From Mustelus asterias (Eukaryota): a DNA stretch of 64,000 nucleotides. Under the pieces are notes generated by a model. That model ran no database searches. It was not told the origin of the DNA and saw only the letters and a list, made by a program, of their open reading frames with translations. Within the stretch, counting starts at the first letter, position 1, and the number at the start of each line of letters is the position of its first letter. The stretch lies in the NCBI RefSeq assembly GCF_964213995.1, contig NC_135804.1:59458001-59522000 (forward strand), given 5' to 3'. Below, in pieces: positions 58,420-64,000 of this stretch. The translations under genes were made by a program, and so were the position numbers.

Positions 58420-59990
58420 TCCTTTCATAAGAGGACCAAAACTGTTCACAGTATTCCCGTTGTCGTCTGCCTGGTGCTTTGTATAGTTTTAGCAAGTCTT
58501 CCCTATTTCATGCACAATTCCATTTGAAATAAAGAGTAACAATCCATTTGCCTTCCCTATTACTTCCTGAACATTCAGGCTCGCTTTTTGTGATTTTTGC
58601 CCGAGGACACCCAAATCCCTCTGGGTTGCAGCTTCCTGCAGTCTTTCTCCATTTAAACAATATTCGGCTCCTTTATTCTTCCTATTGACGTGCATAAATT
58701 AACATCCTCCTACATTGCATTCCAAGTTTTTGCCCACTCACTTAAGCTATCTGTATCCTCTGTAGACTATTTGTGTCATCCTCATCACTTGCCTTTCCAC
58801 CTATTTTGTGTTATTAGCAAATTTGGTAATAGTACAATTACTTTGCTTATCCACGTCACTGATATATATTGTAAATAATTGTGGCCCCAGCACTGATCCC
58901 TGTGACACTCCACCAGTTATAGGTTGCCATCCTGAAAATTTCCCTCTTATTCCAAATCACTATCTTCCTGTAGGTAGCCAATCCTCTATCCATGCTCATA
59001 CACTTCCCCCGACACAATGGACTCCTATCATATGAAGTAGCCTTTTGTGTAGTATCTTATCGAATGCTTTTTGTAAATTCAAGTATACTACATCTCATGG
59101 TTCCTCTTTATTAATCCTGCTCATTATCACCTCAAAGAATTGTAATTAATTTTGCAGCAATATTTTCCCCTCATGAAGTCATAACTGACTCTGCTTTGTT
59201 ATGTCATGCATCCCTAAACCCTCTGCTAAAACATATTTTATAATAGGCTCTAACATTGTCCCAATAACAAATATTAAGCTAACTATCTTATACTCACCTG
59301 ATTTTCTCCCCCTTCCTTTTTGAATGGTGTTACATTGGCAGTTTTTCGATCCTCAGGGAATTTTCCAGAACGGAAGGATCTTGGAAACTTACAACCAATG
59401 CACTTACTGTCTCTGTCGCTACTTCCTTTAATATCCGAGGATGCAACCAATCAGGTCCAGAGACTTATCGGCCTTGAGCCGCATTAGTTTACCGAGTACT
59501 TTGTTCTCGAGTGCACCTTATTGTATTAATTCCTTCACCTCCTCCCCCACCCCAGCTCCCACCGTTTTTGCCCTTGATTATTTAGTATTTCTGAAGTGTT
59601 ATTAATGTTTTCCATCGTGAAGACAGACTCAAAGTATTTATTTAACTCCTCCACCATTTTCTGGTTTCCCATTTTTACTCCCCCATGTTCAACTAAGGGG
59701 TTTATGGTCCCGTCAACCTCTCCTGTCCTTTTCATAATTTTAAAGAAACTCTTACTGTTGTTTTTACATTACCCTCTCGTTTAATTCATGGTTTATCTTC
59801 TCCCTCTTCATTATTTTGGTAATCTTTTGCTGAATTTTAAATCATTCGCAATCCTCTGGTTTATCATTAATCTGTGCCACATAGTGTGTTCAGTTCATTT
59901 AGTGTTATAAAATCTGTATATGTATTTAATAACCATGGTTGAATTATCCCCTTCCTAGAAATCATCATCCACACAAGGATATTTATTTGT
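58420..59990 (-). mobile_element. Decayed CR1 ORF2 fragment
   Basis: ORFs 58489-58695 (QRDLGVL) and 59535-59735 (EELNKYFESVFTME). Confidence 0.85.
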
Positions 59991-60499
59991 CTGAGGATCA
60001 CACTTTGGTCTGATCAGCCATCTCAGAGTTGAAAGAAGCCATCGTTGTTCCCTCGGGCCTGCCTTAGGGAACAAGAGGTATTTGCAAGAGAGCATTCTGG
60101 AACAGATTGCCTATGCCTGCGGCAGAACCTCACCCTGTGCCTTAGATGTTAGACATGATGATCTTACCTCGAAGGACGAGCAACACCACTTTCCTATCAA
60201 TTCAAATTGCCCAAAACTATACCAATTATATGTTTCGTGGTACTCGGGTGTCAACAAACGATATAATGCACAAATGATCTGGAAACATTTCCATCGTCTG
60301 GATTGAAACGAATAGAGAACTGATTGCAGCGTTATTCTTATTTGTGGGGTTGCAATGCAGTTCATTTTTAAAGGAATGTGAACATGATAATGTGGCTATA
60401 CGAACTTGTATACTTCCCTACGTTGAACAATCATAAACTTTTTCAAGAAGACAGAGTTGCAATATTAATTCTTCGGCCGTGACATATTTTAAAATGTTC

Positions 60500-61990
60500 A
60501 TCGTGGAACCACGGAATTGTTATGGTACGAAAAGAGGCCATTTGGCCCATCGTATCTGCGTCAGCTCTGCAAATGACCATCATGCTTGAGTGCAATTCAC
60601 CTGCATTTCCCCCCTCGCTCTGCATTTTTTTCTATTCAAATAATCACCTAATGCTCTTTCGAATGCCTCGGTTGAATCGACATCCACCTCACTTCCAGGC
60701 AGCGCATTCCAGACCAGAAGCATTCATTGTCTGTAGAGATATTTTCTCACATCACATTTGGTTCTTTTGAAAATTACTTTAAAACTGTGCTCTCTCGTTA
60801 CTGGTCCTTTTACGAACGGAAACAGTTTGGCTCTATTTACACTGCACAGCCCTCTCATGATTTTGAACATCTCTATCAAATTTCCTCTGAGCCGCATTCT
60901 CTCCAAGGAGAACAATCGTAACCGCTCACATCTGTCCTCATAACTGAAGTTTCTCATCCCTTCATCCAATCTTGCAAACCTCTTCTGCACTCTCCAATGC
61001 GTTCACACTGTTCCCATAACGTGGCACCCAGAACTGTATATAATTTTCCAGCTGAGGTCCAATTAGTGTCAGTTTAACGTCCTTGCGTATGTACTCCAAG
61101 CACGTATTAATTGAGTTCAGAATACTATATGCTTTAGTAACCGTTCTCTCCACCTTTCCTTACGATCTATTCACATATGCACCCAGGTCGCTCTGCTCTT
61201 GCATCCCTTTAAGAATTTTACCCATTGTTTCATATTGTCTCTCCATGCTCGTCCAACAAAAATGCATCACCTCACATTTCTCCATATTTAATGTTATCTG
61301 CCACCTATCTTCCCATTCCAGCAACTTATCTGAAATTCTCCACTACTCTTTGATTTGATTTGATTTATTATTGTCACATCTATTAGCAGACGGTGAATAG
61401 TATTGTTTCTTGCGCGCTGTACAGACAGAGAATACCGTTTATCGAGAAGGAAGCGAAAGAGTGCAAAATGTCGTGTTACAGTCGTAGCTAGGGTGTAGAG
61501 AAAGATCAACTTAATGCAAGGTAGGTCCATTCAAAAGTCCGATGGCAGCAGGGAAGAAGCTGTTTTTGAGTCGGTTGGTACGTGACCTCAGACTTTTATA
61601 TATTTTTCCCGACGGAAGAAGGTGGAAGAGAGAATGTCCAGAGTGCGTGGGGTCCTTAATTATGCTGGCTGCTTTACGGAGGCAGCGGGAAGCGTAGACA
61701 GGGTGTACTCATCACAGTTTACGATAATTATGGTTTTGTGTCATCCGCAAACTTTGAAATTGCCCCGTGCACACCAAGATCTGGATAATTAATATTTCTC
61801 AGAAAATGCAAGGGTCTCAATACCGATCCCTGGGGAACACCACTACAAATCTTTCTTCAGTCCAAAAAATATCTATCAACAATTATATTTTGCTTCCTAT
61901 TATACAACCAATTTTGTACAGCCGCTATAACTTTCCCTTTTATTTCATGAGCTATAACTTTTCCCACAAGTATGTTGTATGGCACTGCAT
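60500..61990 (-). mobile_element. Decayed CR1 3' part interrupted by a Rex/Babar 3' end (61350-61700, minus, (TTTGA)n tail on the + strand)
   Basis: ORFs 60724-60990 and 60962-61153. The insert is the reverse-complement homologue of ~28700-28785, 31390-31530 and 32140-32222. Confidence 0.8.
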
Positions 61991-64000
61991 CACAAACCCG
62001 CCTTTACCACCCTCCGAGGCAGTGCATTCCAGGCCGTCACCACCCTCTGGGTAAAAAAGGGCTTTCCTCACATCCCCCCTAAATCTCCTGCCCCTCAACC
62101 TGAACGTATGTCCTCTTGTGACTGTCCCTTCAACTAACAGGAGCAGCTGCTCCCTACCCATTCTGTCCATGCCCTTCATTATCCTGTACACCTCAATCAT
62201 GTCGCCCCTCAGTCATCTCTGCTCCAACGAAAACAATCCAAGCCTATCCAACCTCCCTTCATAACTTAAATGTTCCATTTCAGGCAGCATCCTGGTGAAT
62301 CTCCTCTGCACCCTCTCGAGTGCAATCACAATCTTCCTATAATGTGGTGACAGAACTGCACACAATACTCCAGCTGTGGTCTCACCAAAATTCTATACAA
62401 CTCCAACATTACTTTCCTGCTTTTGCAATCTATGCCTCGATTGATAAAGGCAAGTGTACCGTATGCATTTTTCACCACCACCTGCCCTTCCGACTCCAGA
62501 GATCTGTGGATAAAGACGCCAAGGTCCCTTCGTTCCACAGAACTTCCTAGCGTCGATCATTCATTGAATGCTTCCTTATCAAATTACTCTTTCGAACGTG
62601 TATCCCCTCACACTATTCAGGGTTAAATTCCATCTGCCACTGAGCTGCCTATTTGATAATTCCATTGTGGTGATATAAACAGGGCCAAGTTTTAAGGCTG
62701 ATAAAATTGGATATCCTAAATTAAAGAATTGGCCATATTCAAATCAAACGCAGTCAAACCTCAGGCAGGCCAATTATACAAACACACAAACGTGTCTGGG
62801 CCTGACCCATCAACCACCCATCAAAGGTCGTTATACTCTACTTGAGACTTAGCAGGAGATCGTGGCACCTCATTGAAATGCATCGGCCTATTGTTAGAAG
62901 TGCAGATCGAACCAGACTTTCTGTCACCAAGAGTTCCTGTAGATACCTTATATGATAACAAGTGGAGATGGACATCTGGGGGGGCGGACCCTGGTGTCCT
63001 GTCAGGCAGACATCAAGAAACCCACTGGGTTTTGGAACCCTATCCTGGGACCTCATTGGCCGGAAGCCAGAGAAGTTTCTGGAAAGGCAAGCAGGCTGGG
63101 GGATAAAGGGACACATTTTCAGACACACTGCAGCGAAGACTCGACAGGGGAGACGGCCGTGACCATTCGGAAGACTGACCTGAGAAGGAAGGCAAGAAGA
63201 AGCGACCATCGAGACTCACCTTCGTGATGACGGACCAGAGGGACTTAGAGAATCGGACCAGCAGTTCAACCAAACCATCTTTACGGGTAGTATACTTGAA
63301 TCTGCTGGGTTATCCTCTTGTTTTATGTGGGTAATTTAAGGATTAATAGTGTTATTATTGATAAACTTGTTGAACCTTTACTTGTGTTTGTCCTTTGTCC
63401 ATCTTGCAAATAAGGGCACCGGGGTAAAACCTTGGAGTAAGTAAACTAGTTGAAAGTATCTGAGAATTAACAGGTACAACACCATCTATATCTTCTTATA
63501 GGTAGTTAGCCTTGCTGCTAACCACCTGGCAAATCTTTGTGTCATCTGCAAACTTATTAATGCTTCCCCACGAAGTCATCAATATCATTTCCATAAAGGA
63601 CAGATAATATAGGACCCAACACGGATCCCTGTGGTATGCAAATCGACTATGGCTTCCAGTCACGAAAGCAGCCTTCTGCCATCTCTCTCTCGTACAATAG
63701 TACCAATTCTGAATCCACTTTATCAAATTGTCCTCTTCCCATGTGCATTTACCTTCTTTACAAGTCTCCTACTTGGAACATTATCAAAGGCTTTGCTGAA
63801 AACCATTTTAACTACGTCGACTGCACTACCCACGTACACACACCTGGTGACCGCCTCAAAAAATTCAATCAAATTTGTTCGGCATGATCCCCCCCTGATG
63901 AAGCAACAATGACTATCCAAGTGGGTATAGATTCTCTCCATCAGAATTTTCTCCAAAGGTTTCCCTGCCAATGACGTAAGACTCACTGACCTGTACTTCT
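61990..64000 (-). mobile_element. Decayed CR1 ORF2 fragment running off the window end, split by a solo LTR
   Basis: ORFs 61952-62200, 62326-62538, 63496-63726 (NKFADDTKI) and 63723-63986 (FSKAFDNVP). Confidence 0.88.
62666..63481. mobile_element. 816-bp solo LTR
   Basis: Starts TGTGGT, ends ACAACA; 4-bp TSD CCAT at 62662-62665 and 63482-63485; cleanly interrupts a CR1; no recognisable coding content. Confidence 0.8.

Overview
Eukaryotic, repeat-rich genomic DNA, most likely from a shark or other cartilaginous fish (inferred from HE1-type V-SINEs, abundant CR1 LINEs and Penelope-like relics). Most of the window is retroelement-derived. It holds CR1 LINEs (one near-intact full-length copy, one ORF1-only internally deleted copy, many fragments), a Rex/Babar LINE, decayed L2 and RTE pieces, two tRNA-derived SINE families, Penelope-like fragments with hammerhead-ribozyme cores and one solo LTR. 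The only host genes I can support are two convergent paralogues. Each has leader, germline-joined VJ Ig, C1 Ig and transmembrane exons, with V and C1 exons of identical length in both genes and a shared 19-bp promoter motif at the same distance from the ATG. Gene A (+, 7756 to at least 10670) has an Arg at the start of its TM segment and probably a short tail, suggesting an activating receptor. Gene B (-, 43902 to ~38762) has a neutral TM and an in-frame ITIM, suggesting an inhibitory receptor. Together they look like a non-rearranging, antigen-receptor-like paired receptor system, and gene B shows signs of decay. A second highlight: both CR1 ORF1/ORF2 junctions have a U-UUA-AAC slippery heptamer directly before the ORF1 stop, with ORF2 open in the -1 frame and a positionally conserved G-tract behind it. 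This suggests programmed -1 ribosomal frameshifting. Exon boundaries and target-site duplications were read base by base; boundaries of decayed repeats are approximate.
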